From Octopus sinensis (taxonomy: Eukaryota), in contig NC_043003.1 of the NCBI RefSeq assembly GCF_006345805.1, forward strand, positions 12,834,001-12,898,000: DNA of 64,000 nt. The letters are read 5' to 3'. Positions 48,650-61,554 of this stretch are shown here, piece by piece. The position numbers and the translations under genes are program-made. Position 1 is the first letter of the stretch; the number at the start of each line of letters is the position of its first letter. The notes beneath the pieces were generated by a model. The model was given only the letters and a program-made list of their open reading frames with translations, made no database searches and had not been told where the DNA came from.

Positions 48650-48854
48650 TATATATGTGTATATATGTGTGCATGTATATATGTATGTATGTATATATAT
48701 ATATATATATAGCTGTATAAATATATGTATGTATATATATATATATATATATAGCTGTATAAATATATGTATGTATGTATATATATATATATATATATAG
48801 CTGTATAAATATATGTATGTATATGTATATATAGCTGTATAAATATATGTATGT

Positions 48855-48898
<44 letters not shown>

Positions 48899-49012
48899 TG
48901 CATATATTTGAGTATATGTATATATACGTCAAATATGTACACATACAGGCATGTATATACATATCTATCTATATATATGTGTGTGTACATTATATGTACA
49001 GTATAGATATGT

Positions 49013-49055
<43 letters not shown>

Positions 49056-49130
49056 TTATATACATGTATATACATACATATATGTATTTGTTATATTGAT
49101 ATTATATTATGTGTATGTATGTATACACAC
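48650..49130. repeat. Compound (TA)n/(TATG)n microsatellite with a repeated gctgtataaatatatgt unit; other large TA/TG tracts at 4460-4525, 15775-15950, 19950-20250, 55195-55360
   Basis: Direct inspection. Confidence 0.95.
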
Positions 49131-49249
49131 AAGCACATATATATCATTGTCATCATATTCATATCATATTTATGTCCATTTTTTCCATGCTTCATGGGTT
49201 GGAGGTGTCATTTCCAACACACCACCAGCCATGTCACTTGTTTATGTTT

Positions 49250-49780
49250 CTTTGTCATCTCCTTTTTGAGGCCCAGCCTCCTCACAAGATGAGCCTGCAC
49301 TTCTACTATTCTTCACATGCCTTCATTCAGGCGTCCCCTTCGATTTGGATAAGTTGGGATGTCTTTAATCATATGCCATTGTCCATACACAGCTCCCTAC
49401 CAGCTCAGTCGTCTCTCTTGTATGCTGCATCTTATTCGTCTTACCCACATTTTTTTTCCCCATCCTCTTAGCTCATTCGTGCTCCATCGTTTCATGCACA
49501 CTAACATTACACATTGAGCAGAGTATGCTTACCTCATTTTTTTCTTCCCCCACCATACATTTCATACGTTGTACGTAGAGAATGTGCCTTCACACAGCCT
49601 CTGCATTTAGTGTCCATGTTTCACTGTCTTTCAATATCACACTTCATACACAGATAACACTATATAATTTATGGAGAGAGACTTCTTTTGATGTCAGCAT
49701 AGTGACAACTTCTCAGACTCTTCCTACCTTGTTCTTACTGTGGCTATTATACACCTGGAAAAAACCAGCCTTCGTTGTTG
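49250..49780 (-). mobile_element. Degenerate RTE LINE fragment
   Basis: Nucleotide similarity to the 40700-41190 RTE coding segment (cagtcgtctctcttg, gtccatgtttcactg). Confidence 0.6.
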
Positions 49781-50749
49781 ATTTAGTCATGATGGTAATA
49801 GAAGCTACCAACTAGTTCTAGCTATTTAGTGTTCAGATTATTCTGTCAAATGTAATGCTTATTTATTCACACTTTTGAATTAGTCATTTGTTATATTATA
49901 GCTTTGAAATTTCAAATTCTGTAATCATTTCTTTTTAGAATGGCATTATAGGCTAGATGTGATAAGCCAGATTTAGCATTTATCAATTCAGGGGAACACT
50001 TATTTACCCTAGGTTAACACAAAGCAAATATTCTAACTGGTAACACTACTAGTATAGACTAGTAACCACACCACTTTATTGGATGTTGACTTCATGGATG
50101 ATACTCTACTTGGAGTAGAGTTTTGTTGATTGAGGTCAACTTAAGTAAGATACTTACTGCCATTGACAATTGCGATTTGGCAGGGAAGTTGATGTGTTAC
50201 GAACATGGGTTTATGCCATTGGTCTTTAGGTCACTCTATGTGCATGAGATTCTGTTAGCAAGAGTGGACAGAATGGAACAGTGTGCTTGTCAGTTCCTTT
50301 GAAACAGGCTTGCTCTCCTGCCATACTTCACAAGAAATGAGCTGTATACTGTTGCTGTAAAATCCCAGCTACCACTAATGTCACTAGTTATTGTTTGTGT
50401 GACGTGGAACATATCCCATTGTCACAGGTTAAGAAGTATGAGATTATTCTGTGGAGCTTAATTCTTGTCTGGTTAGTCCACATCACTTCATAAGGAGCTG
50501 GAGCCCCTGTTTCCTTGTTTCTCTGGTGTATATATGTTCCTTCCTGGATGGGATGCTGGTCATTTGCAAGTACTGCTCATTTTTGCCAGCTGAGTGGACT
50601 TGAGTAGCATGAAATGAAGTGTTTTGCTCAAGAACACAACACATTTCCTGGTCCAGGAATCAAAACCATTAAGCCATGTGCCTCCAGAATTCTATTTCTT
50701 GTTTGACCAAACCAATATTGTTGATAGGAAGGAAATGGTATGATGATGT

Positions 50750-51040
50750 AGAGCTACACCTAGAAAGGAAATTGTTGATAAAGCTATGCAGAATTAGGCA
50801 AACTGCACATGGACAGGTATAAAAAGAAATGGGTCTCCTGTCAGAAAACCAAGTGTGGGCCAAGTATTGTGATCTGAGAGATTTGCCAGCCCAAAGAAGT
50901 ATGTACAATGAAAGCAGTGAGATTATGAAACCAGTGTGACTGGGTAATATGAGAAGAGGGCAACTGCCCAAAGGAAGGTTATACGGAGCATAAGGTGAAG
51001 AATGGAGCCAGCCAGATTGCAATTCCTTTGGAGATCAATA
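50750..51040 (+). mobile_element. Degenerate RTE-like RT C-terminal remnant
   Basis: LGNMRRGQLPKGRLYG resembles GHVxRMxxxRLPKxxLYG; in-frame stops. Confidence 0.45.
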
Positions 51041-54000
51041 TATGATCTATTCCCATCTCTGTGGTTCAACTGATTGAGATGACTAACTGCCATCATTATT
51101 GAGGTAACATATAGCTGGTATATGTCCTCACAGTATATATAATCATCATCATCACCATCATTTAATGTCTGTTGTCCATGCTGGCATGGGTTGGACGGTT
51201 TGACTGGGCTGGCATACTGGAAGGCTGCACCAGACTCTAGTCCGATTTGGCATGGTTTTCTACAGCTGGATGCCCTTCCTAACACCAACCACTCTGAGAA
51301 TGGTTGCTTTTATGTGCCACTGGTGCAATACCTGGGTGCGTTTATGCACCACTGGCACGGGTGCCAATTTGCATGGCACCGGTATCTGCCATGGTAGAAT
51401 GTTCTTAATGAAATAACCAAGTCCTGAGCTTCTTTGCTGTTGCACGAAAACAGCATGGAAGAATCTTTAAAAAATGAGGTGTATGATGCCAAAGTGCCCC
51501 TTGGTGTTTTTCACAAATGAGTAAGAGTGTAATACAGAAGTGTAAATAAAAGCAATAAAAAATGCAGACTTCTGAAATGATATTAATAACTTGAAGGGAC
51601 TTGTGCTCCAGAACCATTTTACAATGACAAAAAAAGGATTCAAACTTATGGTATGGCACAACTTGATAACAAATGTCCTAATTAAGAAAGGTAGGGTATT
51701 GCAGGAGTGACTAATTAGCTTTAAATGAATAAATGAACTCCACTAAATGTAAAGAATACTCCTTTTTCTGCTTGGATATCCAAATGTGTGTGCCACCATC
51801 ATCATTTAGTGTCTGTTTTTCGTGCTGGCATGGGTTGGATGGTTTGACAAGAGTTTGCAAACCAGAAAGCTTTACCAGGTTCCAGTCTGATTTGGCTAGG
51901 TTTCTATGGCTGGATGCCCTTCCTAATGCCAACCACTTGGCGTTTTTAACATGGCACCAGCATGAGTAATTTCACATGGCATTGGCACGAGTGCTTTCAC
52001 GTGGTGCCAGTATGGGTGCTTTTAAAGTGGCACTGGCTCAGGGCTCTTACAGACCAATCCTCTTCACCAGGGAATGTGGCCTTAACACTTCTGTTGTGGA
52101 GGTCGGGTCTTCTTGAGTACAGCAAGTTGCCAGGTATCTTGGTTCTTTGTCATCTCCTCTGAAAGGTTCAATATAAGACATCATCATCACCATTTAACAT
52201 CCGCTTTCCATGCTAGCATGGGTTGGACAATTTGACTGAGGACCAGATGGCTGCACCAGGCTCTAATCTGATCTGCACATGGCTGCACCAGGCTCCAATC
52301 TGATCTGGCAGAGTTTCTACAGCTGGATGCCCTTCCTAACACCAACCACTCTGAGAGTGTAGTGGGTGCTTTAACGTGCCACCGGCACGAGGGCCAGTCA
52401 GGCAGTACTGGCAACGGCCACACTCAAATGGTGTTTTTTATGTGCCACCTGCACAGGAGGCACAGGCAATGACCTCGCAAGAATGTTTTTTCACGTGCCA
52501 TGGCACAAGTGCCAGTATGGCGACGCTGGTAACGATCACGCTCGAATCGTGGAAGCCAGTTAGCTGGTCTGGCAATGATCACGCTCGGATGGTGCTCTTA
52601 ATGCTCCACTAGCACAGATGCCAGTCATCGAATTTGATTTCAATTTCACTTGCCTCAACAGGTCTTTCCAAGCAGAGTTTAGTGTCCAATGAAGGAAAGG
52701 TAGGAGCATTATACATTTAAACAATTTTTATTACAGTCTTTAATACAATATATTCTCTTGAAACTTCTGTCCGGCATATGTTTCTACTGCAAAGATATCC
52801 TAGGATGTGGTGTCCATTTGCATCCTGTTGATTCAGCTGCATTGGGGTCAACTATATCCATGCAGCTTTATTCAAGATGCTGCCACTGCTAGAGTTGAGA
52901 GAAAAAACTGTGGACATGAACTTGGTATTCTTTTGTTTCATCTATTACATATGTTTCTATAATTAATTAATAATGTTGCTCTAAAAATTTGATTCATAAA
53001 TGCAGTTTATAAATTCAGCGTACATAGTCATACCAAACCTGTCCTCAGACATGGTCGAAATATGGATCACAACCAGAATGGTAAATTTGTCGGACACAGA
53101 GCACATCCATTCCAGTATGGTTTCATTCAGCCAAATTGAATGAAAGCTTGGTGTCTGTATATATCAGTGGATTGGAAAGGAATAACAAATAATGGTGTAA
53201 ACTATAAGCCTTACGTTTGTAAATGATGAAAAATTTATTGATATCCACTCTCATGTATCATGCAGGAGGGTCATCTTTGAAATACTCGAGGAAAAATTTT
53301 TAATGGTGTTAGCAGGTTGAAGTTATTTCCCTTTTGTTTTGGTTTGGAATAGAGGAGTAAATGAGATAGAGTTTCTCTTTTTAGACATGTAATGGAACTT
53401 CAGTCTAGTCTTGAATTCTGGCATCTTATTTAATTTATCCTGAATGGGTATAGCTTCCATTTACTGTTCAATGACATCATAACATCTGCTAAATCCACAT
53501 GAAAATTGTAAGTGCCATGTGTGTGTGTGTGTGTTTGCTTTTGTGTCAAGTTATATACAATAAACAGTTTAACATTAGACTGAAAGAGTACTCAATATTT
53601 TTTCATTGTGTACCTGTATATTGAACTTTTACAAAGAAAAGGTTGACTGTGACTTCGAAGTTTTTTGCTTGCTTGCTTTGTTGTTTGTGGTCATAACACC
53701 TTATGACAAATAGATCTGTTCAGTTTTGTTGCATTAGGTTTAGTTGTCTTTGTGTAGTTTTTCTTCTTTGTTGTTGTGAAAGATACTTTTGCTCAGCACA
53801 TACTAGCGATTGATTATTGTGAATTCAGTTAAAGCGAAGTGTCTGTGAGAGAAAGATATTGTTGATTTGGAATAACTGAGTGATAAATTGCTTCAAAGCC
53901 ATTGCAGTAACCGTTTGCTGAAGACACAGCTTAGATCTGGCGAAGACGTTCAGAACTGTTTCGTAATAATTTTGAATTACTTGAGTTCTTAAGGATTAAT

Positions 54001-55283
54001 CTGTGAACCAGTGGGCTGTTAGTTCAAATTTGCTGCTGGTATTTTTTTGTAGTGTTTCTGTACAAAATGTGTGCACTTGAGACACAGAATCCAAATTAAC
54101 TAATTTTTTTGATACTGAGGTACTTTCCAGAATTCTCTATATTTCATGATGTAATACATCATATAAATGATGTCTTACAAAACTTTGTCATTCCTAGATG
54201 CGGTTTGTTGTTCACCTTCAGTTAGGCTTTGAATAGTCAAAAGATATAAAAACTGGTTATTTTTAAAACCATTTGTTCATGATGGGGTCGCAGGACGTTT
54301 CAGTAATTAAAAATTGACTTATTATCATTTTCATCTACCTCACTTCATATCTTGTTTTAAAACATAGCGAAAACCCATTTTGCCTATATACACAATGGCT
54401 ACTACAATATAATTTTACAACATGGACTTGTAAATCTAAAGTATCCATTTCTTTATATTTGAGAGTTGCAGTTGGCTGATTCAGTAACATGTCAGACTGC
54501 TAAGTGAAGGGTCTATGGTTCATGTCATTCTACCAGCACTGCACTGTGTCCATAATCGAGGCACTTAATTCTCAAATAGCCGATTTGACCAAAACCTAAA
54601 TATACATTGTGTGGAAATACGGTTAGCTATTTACTATGAGAGGCTCACATATTGTGTACATTGGTAAGTGTTTTCCTTTATAAGTGTGCTGTGTTGTGTT
54701 CAAGTTCTTCTCTGAGTGTCGCTTGGAATGGGATGCGTTCTGCCTTGTGGGTGATTTGCTGTTGATAACATAACACGAAGCGCCGAGCTCTTCAAATGAT
54801 ACTTTCAAGTAGTAACTCTGAACAACCCAGTTGTGATAGCATCGACTCATTCACTCACTCTTTCACAAACATGCTATCTCACTTTTTTAACTCACTCACT
54901 CATTAATTCAACTCATTAACTAACTCATTACATATTTTCACTTCATTATTTTGTGTTTTTTTTGTGTGTTATTTTTATCTTTTTTTTAATGTCTTCATCA
55001 ATAATTTCAAATTCATAATAAAAAAAAGTAAATGATTAAAAATTCTGAAGAAATTTAAATAACATCCTTGTCTATCCTTTACAGAATGGCCTAGTCTTAA
55101 AACATAAGCTTTGTTGATTTTTTTTACAATGTTATATCATAGCCATTGTCAGTACATCTGTTTATAGTTGTATCCTCAAATTACTCCTTTGACATTATAT
55201 ATATATATATATAGATGTATATATTTGTATCTATATATATGTATAGATGTATATGTGTATATATAGATATGTGTGTGTGTATA

Positions 55284-55340
<57 letters not shown>

Positions 55341-56573
55341 GCATACATATATATGTATATTAAAAATGAGCTAAAGTTCTTGGTCACTTGCCACTGCCAC
55401 TGTGAGGTCCAACATTCGAAAGGTGCTTTGTATGTGCCAATGGCACAGGTTCCAAGTATGTGACACTGGCATTGGCCACAACTACAATTTCACTTGACTT
55501 GATGGGTCATTCGCAAGCATGGCATATCGTTAAAGGTCTAGGTCCCTTAGATAGTACATCTTGTGTGTGCTGTTAGATGTACAATTGCTACTGTTTAGTG
55601 TAGAGCTCCATTTAGAGTATCATCATCCAACCTACTTCCGTTATAGTGGTTTGTTTACTACTATCATCATCGTTTAGCATCCGCTTTCCATGCTAGCATG
55701 GGTTGGACGGTTCAACTGGGGTCTGGGAAGCCAGGAGGTTGCACCAGGCTCCAGTCTGATCTGGCGATGTTTCTACGGCTGGATGCCCTTCCTATCGCCA
55801 ACCACTCCGTGAGTGTAGTGGGTGCTTTTTACGTTCCACCGACACGGGGGCCAGGCGAGGCTGGCAACGGCCATGATCGGATGGTAGCAGTATTACTGGT
55901 TGTGATATGCAGAGCAAATATAAGAAATCTGTTGTGATTAAGCATCCTTTTGTACTTGGAACATCGAATGCAGGCGCTTCAGACAACCACAATGATGGGA
56001 TGTACATAGGGTACAAATAATATAGACTTGTGTTTATCATAATTTCTTACACAGTGTTTAGTTTTCCATTAAGGGTAAGATCAACAAAAAAACTACTCTA
56101 TCCAGTGTGAGAGATAAATATCATTTAATGTACAAAGTATAGAGATACTAGCTGCTAATAGTTTCTTGCTGTGGAAACCTATATTTAGGCAGGTTTTTAA
56201 AACATGCATTATGTCACCAAGCAATCTTTCTCTTGATCTTATCTTAACAGAACAGTAAGCTACGCATGCACACACACACACATATACAGTATAGAGCTAT
56301 GGTCAGGTGGTGTGTGAAGTTGGATATTTCCAGAGAAGCACTCGACTCGAATTCCAGGCCAAACCCGGAATTCTTCAGGTGTAGAAAAATTCAAGTTTCA
56401 TGACAATTACACCATCAAATAGGTTTGGCGAAGAGTAAATTATCCACTAATTCTTTACCACATCTTTAATTATAAGTTACAATTGTTTCCGTATCATCTA
56501 GAGATTGTACGGAAACAACTGTAACTTATAATTAAAGACGTGTTAAAGAATTTTCCTTGTCTTCTTCTTTTCA

Positions 56574-56879
56574 TCTTTATATATAAAAGTGAAGTTGTGT
56601 GAGTGTCTATCTACTCCGATTTAGATTCCTAACTACTCCCACATTTTGCAGTGCAGTTTAACCAAAAGCGGGTATCTTATACTCATGATTCATATCGAGC
56701 CCTTCTGGGTATTAGCGCGCGTCTACGATGAGTCTACGATTTAAAAAAAAAATTTACCATAATTTTTCCGCATTTTTAATGCATTTTTTGCTTGATTTAT
56801 ATAAGGGAAGTAACTCTCTAAAAATGCTTATATAGTTATTTCCCTTACAAACACAAGCAACGCCGAGCGATACTGCTAG
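56574..56879 (+). mobile_element. Non-autonomous Helitron, family 2
   Basis: A|TCTTTATATA...caagcaacgccgagcgatactgCTAG|T. Confidence 0.85.
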
Positions 56880-57265
56880 TTGGATATATATATATACACA
56901 TACAGTAGTACCTTGGTTTTCGAACACACCTGATCATGAATAAATCGTGCTTTATATATCACCGTGACCGATTAGGCTATCAGATGTTGCTACACATCGC
57001 TGGTCACAATGTGCTTCGCATTGTTTTAGCCTTCAAATGACGCCACCCCGCTGGCTAAGCGAGCAGGCCAACAGAAGAAAGAGTGAGAGAAAGTTGTGGC
57101 GAAAGAGTACAGCAGGGATTGCCACCACCCCCTGAAGGAGCCTCGTGGAGCCTTTTAGGTTATTTTGCTCAATAACCACTCTCAATGCCTGGTCTGGGAA
57201 TCGAAACCGCGATCCTACAACAGTGAGTCCGCTGCCTTAACTACTGGGCCATTGCGCCTCCACGC

Positions 57266-57305
<40 letters not shown>

Positions 57306-58109
57306 CATCATCATTGTTTAATGTCTGTTTTCCATGCTAGCATGGGTTGGACGGTTCTACCGTCAGGAGGCTGTGTTTCTACAGCTGGATGCCCTTCCTA
57401 ACGCCAACCACTCCGTGAGTGTAGTGTGTGCTTTTTATGTGCCACCGGCACAGATGCCAAGGGAGGCTGGCAATGGCCACAATTGGTTGGTGCTTTTTAA
57501 AGCATAATTTATTCGTGGTCAGAGGCATTCATAAACCAGGGTACTATTGTATGCAAAATTATATATAATAAAAAAAAAAAAAAACCTATTCTGAACTGCA
57601 AAGTTTTGTATGTGTTTAGTGGCAGCCCAGTCTGACTGGGATAGACAAGGATATATTTAAAAGCCATAGCAAACCTTAATAAAAACAACCCCCAAAACCT
57701 GTTACTTTTTTCTTCAGTGTTGGCTATTTCACTATTGTTTTTCATGCTTTTTGTTGCTTCTTTTATGTTTTTTGCATTTATTCTAAAGTTTTTTTTTTTC
57801 TCTCTAAATGCTGCAAATATTTCTGTCTTACAGATCATGTTTGCTTTCAAATTATTATTTTTTTTTTTTAATTAATTAATATTTTATTAATCATTTGTTT
57901 TCTCTTTCTTTTCTGTCTGTTTTCTGTTATAATTTTTTAAAACTTTTCTGTTTTTCTTTCTTTATATTTTTTTTTTACTCTCCTGTTGTCTTAGTTCTGC
58001 TCTTAACTTCTTTAATAACTTAGTTGAATTAACAGTAAAAATTAAATGCAAACACACACGCATATATATACACACACATCCTTTTCTTTCCTTTACACCC
58101 TAATTAACA

Positions 58110-58537
58110 TGATGGGGTGATTTGGGGTGGCTGTTTTGATGCTGACGATTTGGCACGGCTGATTGGATGGACACTCAGCCTGTTTCAATGATGGTACTTT
58201 TTGGCACTAGAGGCACACACACACAAGCATGTGTAAACAGAATATACACATACAGATAGAGAGAGGGAGAGAGTATGGGAGAGGAGAGAAAGAGAGTGAG
58301 AAAAAGAAAAACTGAGGGAGAGGGGAAGAGAGTGTGGGAGAAGAGAGAAACAGAGAGAGACAGTGAAAGAGAGAGTGAGAAAATGGGAGAAACTGAGAGG
58401 GAGAAAGAGATTGAGAGAGAGATGTTACACATAGAAACATAGAGGCTGATACATAAACAGAGAGAGCGAGAGAGATTATATATACAATCATAGCTGCTGA
58501 CATACATAGTGAGAGGGAGAGGGAGAGAGAGAGAAAG

Positions 58538-58568
<31 letters not shown>

Positions 58569-58578
58569 ATATATATAC

Positions 58579-58609
<31 letters not shown>

Positions 58610-58799
58610 TTACATATACATACAAACATTGGTACGCACTTAAACTGAGGTGGGGGAGGGAGAGAGACAGACAGACAGACAATCAGCCGGACAGATAACA
58701 AAAGCGCAATTATAATATCTGATGTCAAATAAGTCAGCATTGAATCAGTGATGCCAAATAGACGGCGCCAAAACAGCCATGCCGAAATGTCTCATACCT
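58110..58799. mobile_element. Decayed TIR element with an internal (AG)/(TA) microsatellite; a related interior at 18590-19080
   Basis: Imperfect ggctgttttg..gc..ac.atttggca / tgccaaat..cggcgccaaaacagcc ends; shared ggtactttttggcactagaggc and ctgatgtcaaataag segments. Confidence 0.5.
58250..58680. repeat. (AG)n-rich low-complexity tract; (ATT)n tracts also at 42295-42320, 46205-46262, 61510-61553, 63095-63135
   Basis: Direct inspection. Confidence 0.9.
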
Positions 58800-59081
58800 C
58801 CTAATTAATATATACATATCATTATTACTACTATTAATTACTTTTAAAAGCACAATTTGGCAGATATGTTGTGGAGTGTCACACTAAAAGAAGTTTTACA
58901 ATGTTTAGTTTTGTTGCTCTATATTTGTAGTTCAAACCCTTCCAGTGCTGACTTTGTATTTATCCTGGTCAGGCCTCAACAAGATCCAGTGATAATCATG
59001 GACTCGATTCCATTTGCAGTTCAAATCCCCATCTCCCCACTACAAAATGCATGACCATGTACCATTTTAGAAATCGACTAA

Positions 59082-59211
59082 CCTTTAGCACACTGACGAT
59101 GAATCATGTTGCCATATGAGTTTTCTCCCCTCTAGCTGCAGGCACATTGTGTTGCATTGAGAGGGGAGAAAACTCCTATGACGACATGATGTGTCTAGAG
59201 TGTGCTAAAGG
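59082..59211. mobile_element. piggyBac-type foldback MITE family 3 (CCTTTAGCACAC...GTGTGCTAAAGG); second copy at 28040-28147
   Basis: 12-bp TIRs, TTAA on the right flank, inner inverted repeats gagttttctcccctct / agaggggagaaaactc. Confidence 0.8.
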
Positions 59212-60172
59212 TTAATTAAAAGAAGAAGCTTTATTCTTTTTATTTTTAGTTTTTGAATATTTGGAAGGACATTATTGTCTTGAGTCCTAGAAATCTTAGG
59301 GCCAGTTGCCAAGTTTCCTCGGCACATAAGTGACCGAAATGGCACATAAGTGACAGTTCCACTCAATGGGATGCCATTCTGTCGTAGGGTTACTCTTTTA
59401 TGCCTGAATAGATTGGAGCAGCATCAATATAAAATGAAGTGTTTTGCTCAAGAACACAATGCCACCACCTGGTCTGGGAATCAAAACCACAATCGTGTGT
59501 TCAAGTGCAACACCCTAACCGCAGGGCCAAGTACCTTCAGATAAATGGAAACAGAAAGGGAAAGCAAAAAATAACAAAGAAATTAGTAAATGTAAAATAA
59601 TATGAAAATAATAAAAATAAAGTACATGAAAATACATAAAGTACAAAAAAATGTAGATTATTCAAAAACAGGAAAAGGATAAAATTTAAAACTGATACAA
59701 TATCGAAGTAGATAGATCCCAATATTGGAAAGGGCTGTGGGTTTAACCCCTTTGTTGCCATAGTTTTTGGTGAACTATGCTGGCATTAATTATGAAAATA
59801 AAAATTTAGGAAATAGCTGTGTCATTGTTAAACTGGTGTTTGGAACAAAAATTAACGGAAAATTTTCATGGAAGGGTTTTGGTTTTAGATCAATTTAAAA
59901 ACAGGAATTAATGTCATAGAACCAAAGGCAGTTGCAAGTGGGTTGGTATCAAAATGGTTAACACTTTAAAAATTAAAAAAATCTTTCGTGAGCCGCTGAT
60001 TTGAAAAAACAAAAAAAAGAAAAGAAAAGAAAAGAAAAGAAAAAATGCTACAAAAACAACCCAAAACAACAACAACAAAACAGAACAAAACCTACTAAGC
60101 TGACTTTGTAAATGTGTTCAACTTGTTAAATATTATTAAACCAACTGACCCGACTTTTATATATCCTTGTAG

Positions 60173-60224
60173 ATGGCTTCTACAATGCCGGGATGCACTC
60201 CCTACCCCATTTTTACAGTGGTAG
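60173..60224 (+). CDS. MED25: Probable further MED25 exon; frame and donor ambiguous (phase 1: DGFYNAGMHSLPHFYSG; phase 0: MASTMPGCTPYPIFTV)
   Basis: Branch-like ctgac, acceptor atccttgtag|, two candidate donors |gtaggt (60221) and |gtaatc (60225); a GC-richer island in AT-rich flanks. Confidence 0.5.
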
Positions 60225-60630
60225 GTAATCAAAATTTTCTCTCTCATTGACCAAATGGGGGCACATGCTGATCCCGGTCAAAGGCTTCTATTTTTTTTTT
60301 TTTAATTGTGTCTCGGGGCAATAAACAAACAATAAAAACAAATAATACAAGAAAACCCAACAAAACTGCCTGCGCTTTGATATCCCTACTTCCAACACAG
60401 ACATTAGGTAATCAATGCACTTTGACCTCCACCTCCTCCTCATCCTCTGCCTCCTCCTACTCTCACACCTCCCAGTCTTTATTTCCTGCAGACCCCTCTG
60501 TCATGTAATATTTGAACCTTCCAAATATATATTTTGCTTATTTAACTTAATTTCATTTAATTTTATTTTTAGCTTTTATTAATGTTGTTGTTGTTGTTAT
60601 CATTATTGTTGTTATTATTATTTTTATTAT

Positions 60631-61260
60631 TGAGTGAGAGAGCAGCATATGCCATCTAAGCGACACTGGGGTACAAATATACAAAGCCCAATATACCCAT
60701 CATGATTACCCGTCTGATAAGGTTACACCAGGCACAACCATCACAACCATTTGTGCATGACATGGTGACCTCATATCAAGATAAACAGTGCATGATCTTG
60801 CAGGTGGGTGGGGGTAGTTAGAATTTTCTTCAGGTCGAGTAGTCCATCCAACTGAAAGGGTCCCTGAATAAGGTTTGTTTAAGGATGTTGAACAAAACAC
60901 CCGTGTTTCCAGAGTTGAATTATTCAGACCCCAAAGAATTACTCTTAACAAATGGCTATGATGCTCCCCAACTACTTCTGTTTGTGACCAGAGATGCACA
61001 TATCATCAGCCACTAAGGGACATGCTCGACTGGTTATAGTCAAGCAACTGACAAGAAAATTTGTGGTATTGAGCTGGATATTTGCTGTAACCCAGGACAA
61101 AAATCATGTACATGGTAATACTTGCAATCAGTCAAGATGAGAAGCCATGAGAGCCACTGCCTGGAACTGCATCAGGCAGCCACTGCCTGATATTGTATCT
61201 GGGCATGGCACTGCATCTGACCACAGTACTGCACCAGGGTATGGTACTGCATCAAGGCAT
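60631..61260. mobile_element. Unclassified ~560-630-bp element flanked by (ATT)n; second copy at 61554-62110
   Basis: Two highly similar direct copies, tgagtgagagagc...ggtactgcatca(a/g)ggcat, each bounded by (ATT)n at both ends. Confidence 0.75.
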
Positions 61261-61508
61261 TATTATTATTTATTATTATTATTATTATTATAATAAAGGC
61301 GGCGAGCTAGCTGAATCACTAGCATGCTGAGCAAACTGCTTCACGGTATTTTGCCCTTTGCTGCGTTATGAATTCAAATTATGCTGAGGTTAACTTTGCC
61401 TTTCATCCTTTCGGGGTCGATAATTTAAGTGCCAGTGAAACTCTGAGGTTGATGTAATTGGCTTATCCCTTCCCCCAAAATGGCTGTCCTTGTGGCAAAA
61501 TTTGAAAC

Positions 61509-61554
<46 letters not shown>

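Larger units (their letters stand above)
1400..60224 (+). other. MED25: MED25 gene, internal portion (ACID domain exons plus low-complexity linker exons); both ends lie outside the window
   Basis: Seven GT-AG exons join in frame from 1400 to 48610. The first three translate to a sequence matching the MED25 ACID/PTOV domain as I recall it (LEW..KxTRSLxC..WPxKLIMQLIP..VxFHFTN..AGCVH..CExRVxMLxYS.KKK.F.GLxPxDQ..F..GIRQxI..HK). Confidence 0.93.

Noticed and set aside
56341-56384. Hammerhead-like motif on the minus strand (CUGAAGA...UCGAGUC)
   Set aside because: GAAA is absent and stem I does not pair; at best a fossil.
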